Source: Hormiphora californensis
Taxonomy: Eukaryota > Animalia > Ctenophora
Length of the DNA stretch: 64,000 nt
NCBI GenBank assembly: GCA_020137815.1
Contig: CM035356.1
Coordinates: 7,750,001-7,814,000, forward strand
Direction: 5' to 3'
Both the position numbers and the translations under genes were made by a program. The notes under the pieces were generated by a model that did not search any database, was not told the DNA's origin, and saw only the letters and a list, made by a program, of their open reading frames with translations. How positions within the stretch are numbered: position 1 is the first letter of the stretch; every line of letters starts with the position of its first letter. Of the stretch, positions 52,301 through 64,000 are shown piece by piece.

Positions 52301-55300
52301 GTATCAGAGTGTTGTCAGGCACTGACTGTACAGTGTACAGTGTACAGGTTGTGTGGTGTACACTGTACACCGCACAACCTCACGTAGCCGCACCGGGCCT
52401 AAGGCTCGCCGCGAAGAGGACAGTTCACTTTATTGTATAAAACTTTTTATTTTTAAACATTGTAAACCTCTCTAGTGTGTTTCATGGCGAAACGAGGAAA
52501 TCTGACGAGTGACGAAATGGATAAATCTGAATGAACGGTACAAAAACCCAGGATTTGATGCCCTCCAAACATCAATTTTATCACTTTTCTAATTGGATAC
52601 TGCGTTCTGGATACTGTGTTTAGTATCCCATGCTTGGCACTCTCTCAGATACTCAGCAGGTAAGATATGCTATCACCACGAGAAGTGGGGGACACAAAGT
52701 CATAACCCAATTTGATCCAAGCGACAGTGCGCTCAGATGGGGTCGGCGGCGCAAGGCAGCACCCTTGACCCGTGATAACAATCTCCCCTATTTCAGAGAA
52801 CCACAGCAGTGAGTAGCTGCAAGATACTTCCCAGTTTTATTCAACGTATCTTCCACAATGTCCACAGACCAGAACTTACAAGAAAGGAGAAGAAATTGAA
52901 CAGCTACCATTACCCCCTGATCTCATCACCATCCCCTCACTCTGGTAGGTGATAGTTTTGTTTCTTAGTTAAAGTCCACCTGGAATTTGTACATAAACTA
53001 AAGATACATATATTAAACACTGCCATTACAACTATTTTAGAACCCCTTCTACTCATCCCCTTGCCCTATCTCCAGGTAAACAAACATGAGTTTAGAAATC
53101 TGGTGTTGAGGTGACATGACAGCTGTGAGATGACAAGAGGGAATGGTGGGTGTGCCAGTCTCAATTCTCATCTCTGTAAAACGGTAGGCACCACTGAAGT
53201 TATACCAAATTTAATGCACAGTATTTTTACACAGTACAGTTATACACAGTATAACAGTACACACATACGTCATACATGTATTACCAACACTGCGGGTTCG
53301 TCACCAAGGGAATCTCAAAACACAGTGGTTCACCAAGTTTACAACTGTTTCGGGAGATAGTTTTGGTGTGTATTTTGGGTGGGGTGATGTTCAAGAGGTC
53401 AGCCGAAATTTACACTGTAGTAGAGTCGATTAGCACACATGACTCTCGCAATTTTTACTGCCTCATCGTTATTGCCTGGCTCTATCCTCTTTCCGTGCGC
53501 CCCGCCCTCTTTTACAAATGTAAAGGAGAGTTATAACATCGTTATGGGTCTTACGCAGCATGTTGAGAATTTATATATATATATTTGCCAACCTACTCTT
53601 GACGTTATATCTGTAACCCACACACTCAATTCCAGGTGTTCAACGGTTGTCCTTTTCAACAAGAATAACTGCATTATGTTTCATAATGCTATGTTTCCCC
53701 GCCAACCTTTATTTTCATAACCATCTAATGGGAAGGCGGGACAGGCATTTCCGATCATCTATGAATCAGTCAAACCGTATAGAACAAATCATTGTGTTTT
53801 AGTAGCACTAAATTGTGCGCCACATTGCGCGGCTCACATTTCCTGAAAACGTGCCATTGAAGTATTTGATGAAGGAGCAACATCGTTGTCCCTCGCAACT
53901 GAGCGGGTTACGTTACACAAAAGCGTGACACTTCACTAGTATGTAAAATAAAATTGTCGAATTCTAAACCCCTATGCCTTTTTACAAAAGGCATCCGGGT
54001 GAATGCCTTCGGCATTCACCCGGGCGGGGAAAAAATAGTCCATCAGAGGATAACTACTATCTCAGACCCTGCTAGTTATTGATGGGAAAAGTGGTTATGT
54101 TGCATGTCACGCTCCTCTGCTCGCCGTCAAGTGGTTATGGCATCGACATTATAAGGTGAGAGCAACCAGTAGTTTATACTTTGTAGTTCTCTATACTAGT
54201 AGTTGACAATTCAAAATATTTTAATTCTATATGTTTTCTCTCGCCCTACCTGCTACCATTCTATGAATTCTCTCTCTTTCACCCTCGGTAGCTGTCAGTC
54301 TCTCCCTCACTATCTCTCTAGCTCTATCTACCTCTCTCTCCGCCTCTCTCAATCTCCCCTCTCTTTCTTGCCCGCGTAGCGAACATGAGGGGCGCGACGT
54401 GCCCAACTCTCTTTCGTTGTAGTACTGGATTTAAGATATCTCACATGTGATCCCATCCTTCTAGTTGTGGGTGGTTGTCTTGCGGGTGGTTGTGTTGCGG
54501 GACCGGATCACTAGAATTGGATGTTAGGTTTATCAATTGTTTAGCAGACATAGCCCCTGGCAACCGTGTATCTTCCCTGGGTGGTATTAATTCCACAACC
54601 TTCTTTTTCCATTTTTGGTGACCCCCTGAAATTTATAAAACTTTCCTAGTAACCCCGTAGGGCTATTCCCAAGATAGCAGAAATGAAATCTAACCTATTC
54701 TCTCTACAGATAACTTTACGATAAGAGAGTCGAAGGATATTTTAAACTGCACTGGGGAATCAATAATGAGTTGTCGAACCGAATGGTGAGTTTACAGCCG
54801 AGTATTTTACTAGGCAGCAAAATCGTCGATTTTTGGGACAAAGTTGGCAGCATATAATTTGACTTTTGAAAATCGTATTTATCTAAAATTTTGAAAATCC
54901 GGGCACCGGGTACAGCCCTCTAACACTGTCCCCCCCCCCTTTACCAACCCTCTAACACTGTTCCTCCTCTAACACTGTCCCTTTTTACCAACCCTCTAAC
55001 ACTGTTCCCCCTTTACCAACCCTCTAACACCCCTTCCCTCTCAGGAAGGAGATCTTGAAGAGGAACAGTCAGGCCCAGCTGCAGTCAAGAGATCCCCACT
55101 GGAAGCTATGACCCAGACTGATAAGGAGCTAGATCGGCAGATCGCATCTCGACCTGAAGCTGATGATGTGGAGGATTACTGTGATAAGGTTTGTGTCCAG
55201 CTCTAACCCCATTTAGGTTGCTTTTTCAATCCCCTAACTGCTAATTTACACTCCCGTGTATGGTAAGCTGGGGCAAAAGTGGCCCATTTTTAATTTATAC

Positions 55301-58300
55301 AGCAGGAGAAAAAAAATGTATAGGCTACCCAATGAAACGTTTTCCTTTCAGCCGGGCTAAATTTTAAAACCTGCAAGTTTTATTTAATGGGTTAGTTAAT
55401 CAATTCAAATAATTTGGTGATGCTATATTTTATCCCACCCCAACACCCCTAACTCACCCCCTAATCAACCCCTAACACCCCATCTCCTCCTCTCCAGGAC
55501 CACTCAGAGCCGGAATCCGAGTTGAATGTAACAAACTGCACCACATGTTATTATGACGGCAACTGTGGGTGCTGTTGTGATGTCTGCTGTGATGTCAGGA
55601 CATTGAAGAAAAAAATTCCTTACTCCCCTAACACTGCATACATCATCTACTGACTGCAGTATTGATCCAGCTCCATTTTAGCTGGTTACATGGAATGGGA
55701 ATAGAATTATAAATGCAGTGAATGGACTCATAAACAATACCGAACATTAGAAGGATCCCGTGGTAAAAATAGGACACTGGACACTCTTTGTTGGACACAC
55801 ATTTTTTGGATCGAATAATTTTTGAGAATAGTATGAGCAGCAAAACTGACCGTCCCATGAGGTGTTTTAGGATGTTCTCAATTCTTACTCTGTGATATTA
55901 AAAACACAAATCTTAGGTATCCATTTCTATATATTACAGCGGATGGAAATTGGAAAATTAGTTTTGAATATATAGAAATCATAAATATATTCCCCCCCCA
56001 AAAAGTGTGCTTTTTGCTAATATACAGTCGGTTCCCGATTTACCGCGATGCTCGGGGGAAAGATATTGCCTGATAATTCGGGGTGCCCGGGTCAAATAAT
56101 GTTAATTTCTTATCCCGGCTCGGGTATATCAACGACTGGTAAATTGGGGTCCGACTGTAACTTAATAAATAGTTCTTTGTCCATCACAATCTTTTAACAC
56201 TTATTTCCAGGTACTGATCATTGAGTTTCGAACAATGCCGTGTAAACTGTCCTCTATCAATAATTATGAAGCTCCCATCATCCGGTGTAGGCTTTTTCCT
56301 GACAGAGGTATGGTATAATGCTAATTAATAATCAGGTCATTATCAGGTCATCACAACACTTTAGGGTGTGGCAAACATATGTTTGCCACAACCTAAAGTG
56401 TTTCAATTTGTATTCTGCTCCCTCTACACCCGGTCGAGCACTTTCGTGGCCGTCACCGCCCCGTACTGTATATTTTACAGTATAAATCCTAAATCGCATT
56501 CTCTCTTCACTCTAATTTAAAATTATATCTCTCTCCCCTAGTTTGATTCGGTCCTGACCAAGATGTTAACGTTGGTACATATTTGTCCTTTTCCTTCTCA
56601 TTACACATACCAAGTTTCGAATAATGCCATGTGAACTGTCCTTTCATCCCGTTCCCGAAAATGAGGTATGGTAACAAGATTTAAATATTTATTTTATGAG
56701 TTTTGAATAATGTTTAAGGGGTCATCAATTCAGCCCTAAATTACAAATTGGCTTAATTCAGTTTTCAGATGGTGTTAAAATGAACACACCATGTCACACC
56801 ATGTCACACCATGTCACACTAATACCCTAAGATTTAATCGGGGCGCGCGCGGTTGGTTTTAAAATAAAAGTTGAAACGTGTCAGCAGTTGGTAGCGTGGT
56901 CTGGTGTGCGCGTCTTAGCAACCCCTGAACTTATCGAGCGTGCAGGCCTACGCCCCTACGGGGCTTGCCTGCTTCGCAGGCAAGTAAATAGTCAACAGAT
57001 ACCCTGAAAATGTGTGTAGACTTAGTGTCTACTGTTCCTAACATGTTTGAGAAAGAGAGAGAAAGATTAGGGGCAATACACACTGTCAGAGGTAATGAAC
57101 AGTAAAAGAGACAATGAGAGAGAGAAATGAATGGAATGTGATTCTTTTCACTCCTTATGAGAGAGATAACATTGAAACGTGTTGCAGACATGTTTCCCCT
57201 TTCTTTTGTTGACAGAACTGTGTGTTTACACACATTTTCAATACTTAGAATTTTACACGCATGTTATTCAAATGAAGAGAAATGCGTGAAAAAGAGAGCG
57301 GGACTGTTAAACAGCGAGCAGGGTGTTAAATCTCCCAGCTAGCAGTTATCATGAGCGCGCAAAATCTTCAAACGACTGATAAATCAACTATCGGGTTTCA
57401 TATGTACATGGCACGTGTAATAAAGTACTGACCTGCACAAATAGTTCTTCTTCGAGATCCCAGAGGGTACGGAAGGGAGGCTTTTGTTTCTGCTAGAGGT
57501 TGGTTCTTCTTCTGCAAGAGAAGATCAAATTCTGGTAACTATGGTAACTATGGTAACTATTATAATGGTAACTATGGTAACTATGGTAACTATGATTCGC
57601 ACCATTAGATGGAGTAACATTCTGGTAACTATGGTGTTGCTCCTTGAATCTCTCCCACCACTCCAACAGGGTCAGATGACTGTCAGCTTCATGTTCAGTA
57701 AGGATTTCCTCCTCATCAGCGATAGCCAAGATGGAGGGTACTGATTGGCTGAGAGTTGAGGCGCTCCTACCACGCAGTACCACCTGACCTGCACGTGCAG
57801 CTGATGATGTCACACCACGTGATGATGTCATGGCCCGACTACGGCTGGTGGAGGAGGTGGCTTGGTCAGTATCATGATCACTGATCGGGGCTTCCAAGGG
57901 GGTGCTTCTTCTTGGTTCTTGGACACGGTGTCCCTTAAGGAGGTGAAACCTCGACTAGATTAAGTTTTTTGGAGACCGGACCTAGGTTACGTATTTTTGA
58001 CCGAGGAATCCGAAAAACATAAAATTAAAATCGAAAACGTAGCGGTTTTTGAGTAAAACGGCAAAAACTGTCATTTTTCAGCGATGTTCGACTTTTTACG
58101 CTTTCTAGAGATTTAAAAAATATTTCCTTACAAGATATGATCTTGTGCTTCTAGACTAATAAAATGCGATCGATTTGCTACAAATTGGTCCCGGGTTTGT
58201 GTAATTTGGTCAAAAGCTCTCTTTACTGTGGCCCATCAAAGATGGCCACTCTGCAAATACGTATTTGGCTCCTGTGGCTGCAGATGTAAACCAAAAGAAG

Positions 58301-60019
58301 ATTTGTTATACACCAAAATTTGCGTCTTTTCAAGGCAAACAACCTGGTTTTTACGACATTCCATTTCATGCAGGCGTTAAGGAGTTACAGCTGAAAAACT
58401 GGTACAGTGGATTTTGGAAATACCCCTACTTCAACAAACCCTAATCCAGATAAGATTTCGAAAAAGATACATCTTCATACATGAAAATGAAGCTCAGACA
58501 AATGCCAACGTGATGCAAAAAACGGGAAGTGTCTAACTTATTTCGTTTAGAAGCTATAGCCAAAATAAAAGTGCTTATATTTGCCTTGAAAACACCCTCT
58601 AAAAACCATCATTTTAGACAATTTCTGACAATTTCAAACAAATTCTATCCACAGGGGACTAAGTTGGTGCACTGGAGGTGACATTTTATTCGTATTGCAT
58701 TTTTAGACAGATTTGCTGTTTTTCAGGGCTTTTAGAGGGTGTTTTCAAGGCAAATATAAGCACTTTTATTTTGGCTATAGCTTCTAAACGAAATAAGTTA
58801 GACACTTCCCGTTTTTTGCATCACGTTGGCATTTGTCTGAGCTTCATTTTCATGTATGAAGATGTATCTTTTTCGAAATCTTATCTGGATTAGGGTTTGT
58901 TGAAGTAGGGGTATTTCCAAAATCCACTGTACCAGTTTTTCAGCTGTAACTCCTTAACGCCTGCATGAAATGGAATGTCGTAAAAACCAGGTTGTTTGCC
59001 TTGAAAAGACGCAAATTTTGGTGTATAATAAATCTTCTTTTGGTTTACATCTGCAGCCACAGGAGCCAAATACGTATTTGCAGAGTGGCCATCTTTGATG
59101 GGCCACAGTAAAGAGAGCTTTTGACCAAATTACACAAACCCGGGACCAATTTGTAGCAAATCGATTGCATTTTATTAGTCTAGAAGCACAATATCATATC
59201 TTGTAAGGAAATATTTTTTAAATCTCTAGAAAGCGTAAAAAGTCGAAAATCGCTGAAAAATGACAGTTTTTGCCGTTTTACTCAAAAACCGCTACGTTTT
59301 CGATTTTAATTTTATGTTTTTCGGATTCCTCGGTCGAAAATACGTAACCTAGGTCCGGTCTCCAAAAAACTTAATCTAGTCGAGGTTTCACCTCCTTAAG
59401 GGACACCGTGTGGACTTGTTCTGAAATACAGAGTGACATAACACGTGGCTATACAGTAATTATATTATATATATATAAATAAACAGGGGGAAAACAGTCA
59501 CGGCTATTTACCCCTGAGACCTCAGGTAAATAGCCGTGACCTGAACCTGAGATTCAGGCACGACTGTTTTCCCTCAGTTAAGTTTACAAATATAACGTAC
59601 TTAATTTGGATGGTGAGAAATTTTGCACGGTGTAATAATTCTGTGTAGCTGTCGATATTTTGGTCAGGTTCACCCGGTTCCTCGAGATTTGTCCGTCTGA
59701 CCTGCTCCTTATCAGTCTGGAGGATGCTGTACTGCCACTACTGCTCGTCTCACTAACATATCTGCAATGATATACAACTCATGATATGATCACCCTAGTT
59801 CGCTATAGTTCTCATTATGGTCATGATTATAAAGTCGGTAAATGATTCTCGAATAAAAAAGAGAGAAAGAGCTGGCTTGATCGATAAAGTATAGCTCCAA
59901 GCTCTGATCGTAATATCAGGAAGGTGAAATTTAAAAAACCTGTCCCGACGACTGTTATACCGTCTACTGCTGGATCGCTTCACATGGCTCCGGACTTTAT
60001 CCTTAAATTTTCGAAGCAT
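43354..60019 (-). CDS. Large multi-exon orphan protein; exons 60019-59940, 59761-59601, 59420-57603 (split by MITE), 57511-57433, 51897-51532 (repeat-interrupted), 49091-48994 or 48961, 48864-48760, 43517-43354
   Basis: Eight GT-AG-bounded segments whose phases (2,1,1,2,2,1,1) chain consistently; no recognisable domain. The model needs the MITE and part of the 51.7-kb repeat removed. Confidence 0.55.
43635..44134. repeat. 500-bp near-perfect palindrome with no spacer
   Basis: Mirror ORFs 43671..43886(+) and 43883..44098(-); centre 43884/43885. Confidence 0.9.
44907..48299 (-). CDS. LINE ORF2: APE endonuclease + reverse transcriptase, 1130 aa, with hydrophobic N-terminal extension
   Basis: Motifs NVNGL, LNETWL, IIGDLN, LDLIL, SDH; NYRPISLT, DFQKAFDSV, GVPQGSILGP, LYADD. 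Confidence 0.96.
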   Translation of the reverse strand: MISAEQYRQTIGRFAGGRGGKRKMFTNKTLDRQYRQTSSISPFHLILYLSYSILILILLGSMSRCTSSLSCRELCMEAGREEVGKSINQHYIWYANCVLTLVIFKSMGKIGNTCSKIIVRCRLVVLLIFLSSLAKALIVIHQPSIVNPGPTEPKTKISVVYCNVNGLINMQSISGDQPQFQVSKLSDLRAYLFTYEPEIVVLNETWLNKHVNDGELVSDQFYTIYRKDRTKRDMEMYDKKGGGGVMILCKNNMGIEFDQVKDKVNLPIVTILLKSKNLTPICISTFYRYDYSGSDCLEETERYYTRLSRKYKNLAIIGDLNLSSVKDWDDPVSSNSIHEGFAHLFTSLGMSSLINAPTHRDGNVLDLILTNNSSCFSNVSVEENCLVKSDHFTIKCEVQIKKIRPKFKTAKKFSYKKADWDAINEGLIRYDWTKEFKHLRAEQSLQKFKSKLDITLRHHVPLVNVKIGSQPPWYDDELRQLKRSMDNSRKASLKFPNDVSLKNVFTCMEAEYRKASREKETHFLELSSIDESASTAAISKKFFKHVKSKTSSTRVPDIVHYEDNSEKSSQQKCKMFNDFFCKQFTQASTYSTPIDFDRNHDNDFNNETFHFDEVVDILRKLDASKATGPDNIDGIVLKKCHKSLAYPLVLIFNKVFDEGSIPTEWKNANVVPVHKKGDKSNVENYRPISLTCLIMKVFEKLVRERLYRACLEKVTPHQHGFVPLKSCTTQLIEFNCELAINLNQHLQTDIIYFDFQKAFDSVSHDVILEKLKVQYNINGKMLQFLKAYLSGRRQRVALDGEFSEWSNVKSGVPQGSILGPFLFVLFINDIVEAIGDEGETNIKLYADDLKIWRTIKNENDSLQPDIDRLVEWSVKNKMKFHPNKCKLLRCTLKHKPVNLKYYLGSSEIQQCTNETDLGVITNRKLSPLEHQNMIISKTSQRLGLVKRTSALVDSPLKRRTLYVSLVSSLFEHCSQIWRPVSASSIEKFEKLQKRALKWINNEMELSYDWKAYVSKLKQSKIFPITERFLYNDLKLFHKIFYGSSSLKLPLFLHKYIPDRHDRRTTRQQTNRDQTDIICTHKPNIDAFKHSYFYRVHVEWNKLPHDLRCLDSHDAFVAKLKDHLWKNIPNS
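48420..48665 (-). pseudogene. LINE ORF1 C-terminal remnant, SGNH-esterase-like
   Basis: DGVHLNKYGY motif directly upstream of ORF2, as in esterase-type ORF1s of CR1/L2 elements. Confidence 0.7.
51040..51512 (+). mobile_element. 3' fragment of an L2-like LINE ORF2
   Basis: RLQKVQNSATR...HFLPVKQRIEYKI...RGAFSIAAPKLWNQLP...FKTSLKTHLF. Confidence 0.85.
51615..51860 (-). repeat. 33-37-bp tandem repeat (~7 copies) inside a putative exon
   Basis: Unit aaggacccagggatcgatgtggaggaggt(a/t)ggagta. Confidence 0.85.
54783..55653 (+). CDS. Small acidic/Cys-rich protein (~100 aa) nested antisense in an intron; exons 54783-54785, 55045-55188, 55498-55653
   Basis: Strong CTAAC/polypyrimidine acceptors and phase-0 joins; ends CTTCYYDGNCGCCCDVCCDV...IIY*. 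Start codon uncertain. Confidence 0.45.
57924..59410. mobile_element. 1.49-kb fold-back MITE, Chapaev/CMC-like (CACGG termini, 4-bp TSD TGGA)
   Basis: ~680-bp nearly identical inverted arms; TGGA at 57920-57923 and 59411-59414. Confidence 0.9.
59486..59574. mobile_element. Short dispersed repeat family (gggaaaacagtc...acctgagattcaggca); other copies ~11035-11170, 15296-15335, 19135-19245, 32580-32715, 42670-42830, 43030-43100
   Basis: Shared core aatagccgtgacctgaacctgagattc with short inverted ends. Confidence 0.65.
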
Positions 60020-60517
60020 ATTATCAAGATGAAAACACACACACAACAGCTGTATTATAGTGCTGGGAACTTTGAAACGTGAGCTGATAAGGGGCACCCG
60101 AATATATGAAGATGTAATTGTATACCTTCATAAAAAACGGGCTGCTATGACGAAGTGATAAAATGTTTGATTGTTTGAGTTTCAGTCACGAGAAATTTAG
60201 AAGATGATGTCAGATGATGTCAGAGCTTTCTGCTGCACACCAGAAAAAGGGAAGTGGTCCGTGTGTGATGACCTGACTGTATAATAGTAGAGTCGATAAC
60301 TACATCGACCCCTCCCAATTGTTCCAGTTTTTGTCACATCTGTTTGGAGCCTCGACACGACCTCTAAACAGTTGTTACTTTTTCACAAACTGTTTTCATC
60401 ATGGTGTAATCAGCATTTGAAATGTTGTTGATCATAACAAAAACCGAACTATTTTTTGACAATTGGGGTAAAACCATGGGTATGGGTCACCAGTGGTGAC
60501 CCATACCCATGGGTGAC

Positions 60518-60788
60518 TCACCACACACCAAAGTTAAAATTAAAATTAAAATTTTGATTTTAAACCCGCACACACCAGCGGCCGTTAAAATTTCTCTCCC
60601 CATCCTAAAAGTAACAATCTCACGCACGATTTTGACGGTCGCGTTGGATGACAAAATTTTAACACGCCGTTAAAATTGTGCGCGAGATTGTTACTTTTAG
60701 AATGGGGGAGAGAAATTTTAACGGCCGCTGGTGTGTGTGGGTTTAAAATCAAAATTTTAATTTTAATTTTAACTTTGGTGTGTGGTGA
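60518..60788. mobile_element. Palindromic MITE, preceded by a ~40-bp hairpin at 60473-60514
   Basis: ~120-bp inverted arms tcaccacacaccaaagttaaaatt... / ...aactttggtgtgtggtga. Confidence 0.75.
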
Positions 60789-61402
60789 CCCTATCAAAAG
60801 TTAGCTCTAGGTCTCCTGAGCTGAGTAACCATCCGGAGACTCTATAAGAGATATTTCAAGCCGTTCTCCCGTAATTAAATCATTAATGCCGGTGGAGAGA
60901 ATATGGGTCCAGCTGTACCCTGGCTCTTTCTCTTAGCAGCCTCACTACTCTCCTGTCCCTCATTCGCAACTCTTTCACAGCCCTCATTACCTGAAATGAA
61001 GGAGAGAGAGAGTGGTAATACACATTTCGTGATTCTTGATGCAAGAGACATGTGCTGTTTCTAGTGCTGTTTCTCGATAAATATATTTCAACCAGTAATA
61101 TGATTGATATATTCAAATTCAATTTATGGTGACCAGGGCATGTGATGTTCCCTAACACAGAGCAACGTGCCCAATTCCAGAATGGATGATGATGATCGGA
61201 TTTATGGGCCATAAATCCCATCATTGAAGGACCTTCAAACCCAAAAGCCGCGAAGGTTACTCAATAACTTATTGGGTTTGAGGCGCCTCGTAGCTACGAG
61301 GACCCTAAAACTCAATAAGTTAATAAGAATAACCTACGCGTAGTCTAGGATTGCAAATAATAATAATAAAATGATAATAATAAAATTCTCGCTCTCACTC
61401 TC

Positions 61403-61510
<108 letters not shown>

Positions 61511-61585
61511 CTTGTGTTTCTGGGAAACCAATCAATCGATATTATATAAAGCATCGACCGAAAGGGTTTATTTAACATTCAAGTC

Positions 61586-62888
61586 ATGTTACTTACAACT
61601 CTGCCTGTGTTGATGTTATTTCTGGTGGGTGCCCCTGCGTTCCAGACAGAACCCCTAACGGACTTCGATGCAGTTTGGCACCTTGGGATGAACTTAAACC
61701 CTGCGGATGGCCATATCATGTACTACGGAGAGGGTTGGCACACCGGAACCCCTATCGGAACCAAGGATACAGCCCTCTCAATGGACTACCTTGATAAGTA
61801 TGTTTGGAAGGAGCCGGCCGACTACATCGCTATCGTGAGGCACCAGGGTGGAGTGAGTGATGCTGTCAAGGTGTTCAAGTTCAGGTACGATAATTGTGGT
61901 AATAGGGCCTTCTGGTAACTCAACAACCCTACCATAATACAGCCCTAATATCGAACCACAACTGAGCGCTGGAAAGCACTCTGAATCTGTTTTTATTGGG
62001 CACTGAAATTATTATTTTGTGCATATATACATATATATACTCGGTACACAATTACCCTACCCAAAAAAATTTCTACCTCAGAGTTACAAGACGTATAATA
62101 TGTCTCTGAATCTGTTTTTATTGGGCACTGAAATTATTATTTTGTGTATATATATGTATATATACTCGGTACACAATTACCCTACCCAAAAAAATTTCTA
62201 CCTCAGAGTTACAAGACGTATAATATGTCTGACATATGTAAACCTCTGAAAAGTTTGTCCCTCGGACACCCGGCCTCCTCGACTAGCCTTAACATGTCGT
62301 CCCACCTTCAGGTACTGGGGATTGAGCCTACTGGAAAGATTCAAAGATATGGACCCGGGAAGACGGATTGTTAGTGACGGTGGTCCTATACAAGAAGAGA
62401 TCGCATGGGACGCTGAAAACATACCTGATGATCCCATATTTGGTATGGGAGGGGAACTAGCCTTCAACTGGCAATACGGTAACCAAGGAAATAGGATCGT
62501 ATTGATTGGAGCTGGAGGACATCTTTCAGATTTGAGAGCTGGTAATGACTGTACAAATGGACTAGGAAACGATTTCTTCTGCAATCCCTTAACAGGAACC
62601 ACAACTGGTGATGCTGAGGGTATATGGGAAAGTGAGATATCCAATATTCAGCTGGACTGCCCATCTAATACATATCCACGTTGTAAAACTATCATAGTCC
62701 AGGGAACTGACCACGGAATTGGGTTTCAAGGCTTAATTTCATTTACGACGGGACCGGTCTATGGTAACTATGCCATCTACGTCTCAAAGAATGTAAACCG
62801 ATTCCCGGCTGTTGGCACAAAGCTTTGTCCCGTTGTAAAGGGAACACGGGATGTAAATTATCAACCGAGTTTGCTGTGTAAAATTTGA
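61586..62888 (+). CDS. Secreted protein of unknown family (~291 aa); exons 61586-61884 and 62312-62888
   Basis: Signal peptide MLLTTLPVLMLFLVGAPA; a phase-2 GT-AG intron joins two complex ORFs in frame (KVFKFR-YWGLSLLERF). Confidence 0.8.
61979..62230. repeat. Intronic ~125-bp tandem duplication
   Basis: ctctgaatctgtttttattgggcactg...gtataatatgtct occurs twice. Confidence 0.85.
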
Positions 62889-63150
62889 GTCACTTGAAAC
62901 AGTTAGAAAGTACAGATGAACAATTTATGTGAATTAGACTGTGATTTGTAAAATGATGGACTTATAATAGACTGTGATTTGAAAAATGATGGACTTATAA
63001 TAGACTATGGTTTGTAAAACGATGAACACCAATTAATTCTTGCTAAATAACAACAACTGTTTACTTTTTACCACTTTATACCGCAAGCACTTAAAATTAA
63101 ATTGACAGCAGTTTTCTGTTCTCCCATTTCCTAGCCACCGACAGCTGCTC

Positions 63151-63237
63151 AACAACCAATCAAAACTCGTTATTTAGGTCACGTGACTGGTTATCAGCCA
63201 ATCAGGGACCAGTATTTCCTGATTCGGTCGGTTCCTG
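63151..63237 (-). mobile_element. Short interspersed repeat (caggaaccgaccgaatcaggaaatactggtccctgattggctg...) flanked by a ~27-bp diverged direct repeat
   Basis: Flanks ccatttcctagccaccgacagctgctc and ccatttcttagccacagacacctgctc. The sequence is recalled as an abundant Pleurobrachia repeat (unverified). Confidence 0.7.
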
Positions 63238-63667
63238 TCCATTTCTTAGCCACAGACACCTGCTCTATAGACAGGCCTTCACCACCTCCTCCTTGAGAAA
63301 CTTGGCAGATCTCACCAGGGCTTCTATAATAATAGACACTATAAAGAGAGACGAGTGATGGGGTTAGAAGCCGGGAACCCCAGTAAACGCGCGTACGCCG
63401 TTAGTTGCATAAACGACGTTGTTCTATAATATACTCCGTTAACAGCGCACGTAGAATAAGTTTTTGCAACTTTATGCGTCGCACATTTGCAGTTGCAAGA
63501 ACGGCATCGTTATAACGGGGTCGTACTTTGCACGCGAGGCAGTTAGTTGCACAAACAACGTCGTTGCTCGTTTTATTATTTTATTTGACTCTGTTATCTC
63601 CATGAACACTGTATTTCCATTACAGTGCTGCTTGTAGTCAGATTACCGTAATGAAAATACAGTAAAC

Positions 63668-63882
63668 TCGGATTTTTTGAAACTGTCACCCCCCTGAAAT
63701 AAAAAATTTGTCATATCTCCGGTTCCTGATAAGATAGAGACTTGAAATTTGGAGGTTCGGAAGAACTTAGCAAGATCTTCGTAACTTCCAAATTTCAAGT
63801 CTCTATCTCATCAGGAACCGGACTTATGGTCATTTAATGAAATTTGAAAACTCTTGGGGGGTGACAGTTTCAAAAAATCCGA
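63668..63882. mobile_element. Palindromic MITE
   Basis: tcggattttttgaaactgtcaccccc ... gggggtgacagtttcaaaaaatccga, with inner inverted arms. Confidence 0.8.
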
Positions 63883-64000
63883 CTTTAAGGAGACGCGCAC
63901 GGTACATAACGCGCGGCAAAAAGTTCATGTGTCAGCACGTACTAGCGCCCTGATTGGTCACGGTTGCGCGTCGTCTTACTGTATCTTCGTTTTCCATTAC

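Overview
Intron-rich, repeat-dense animal genomic DNA. It is probably a ctenophore (Pleurobrachia-like), inferred from a recalled interspersed repeat at ~63.15 kb and an EFF-1/AFF-1 fusogen gene; this was not verified by search. Manual exon reconstruction supports about eight spliced genes: a minus-strand low-complexity gene (0.5-2.1 kb), a Ly6/three-finger-like membrane protein (2.9-3.5 kb), a single-LIM CRP/CRIP protein (7.4-8.4 kb), an EFF/AFF fusexin (9.8->18.9 kb), a BACK-like protein (25.5-32.0 kb), a secreted TSP1-repeat protein (39.3 kb), a large minus-strand orphan gene (43.4-60.0 kb) with a nested antisense gene, and a secreted protein (61.6-62.9 kb). Mobile DNA includes a CR1/L2-group LINE with intact ORF2, two LINE fragments and many MITEs. 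The most striking pattern is that many tandem repeats are amplified copies of splice junctions (acceptor plus exon start, or exon end plus donor), up to ~100 copies in one intron. Several insertions also appear to be rescued by, or to create, introns. Regions ~18.3-19.1, ~33.8-37.8 and ~39.8-42.7 kb look like homopolymer-inflated, low-quality consensus. All gene models are read by eye without transcript data.
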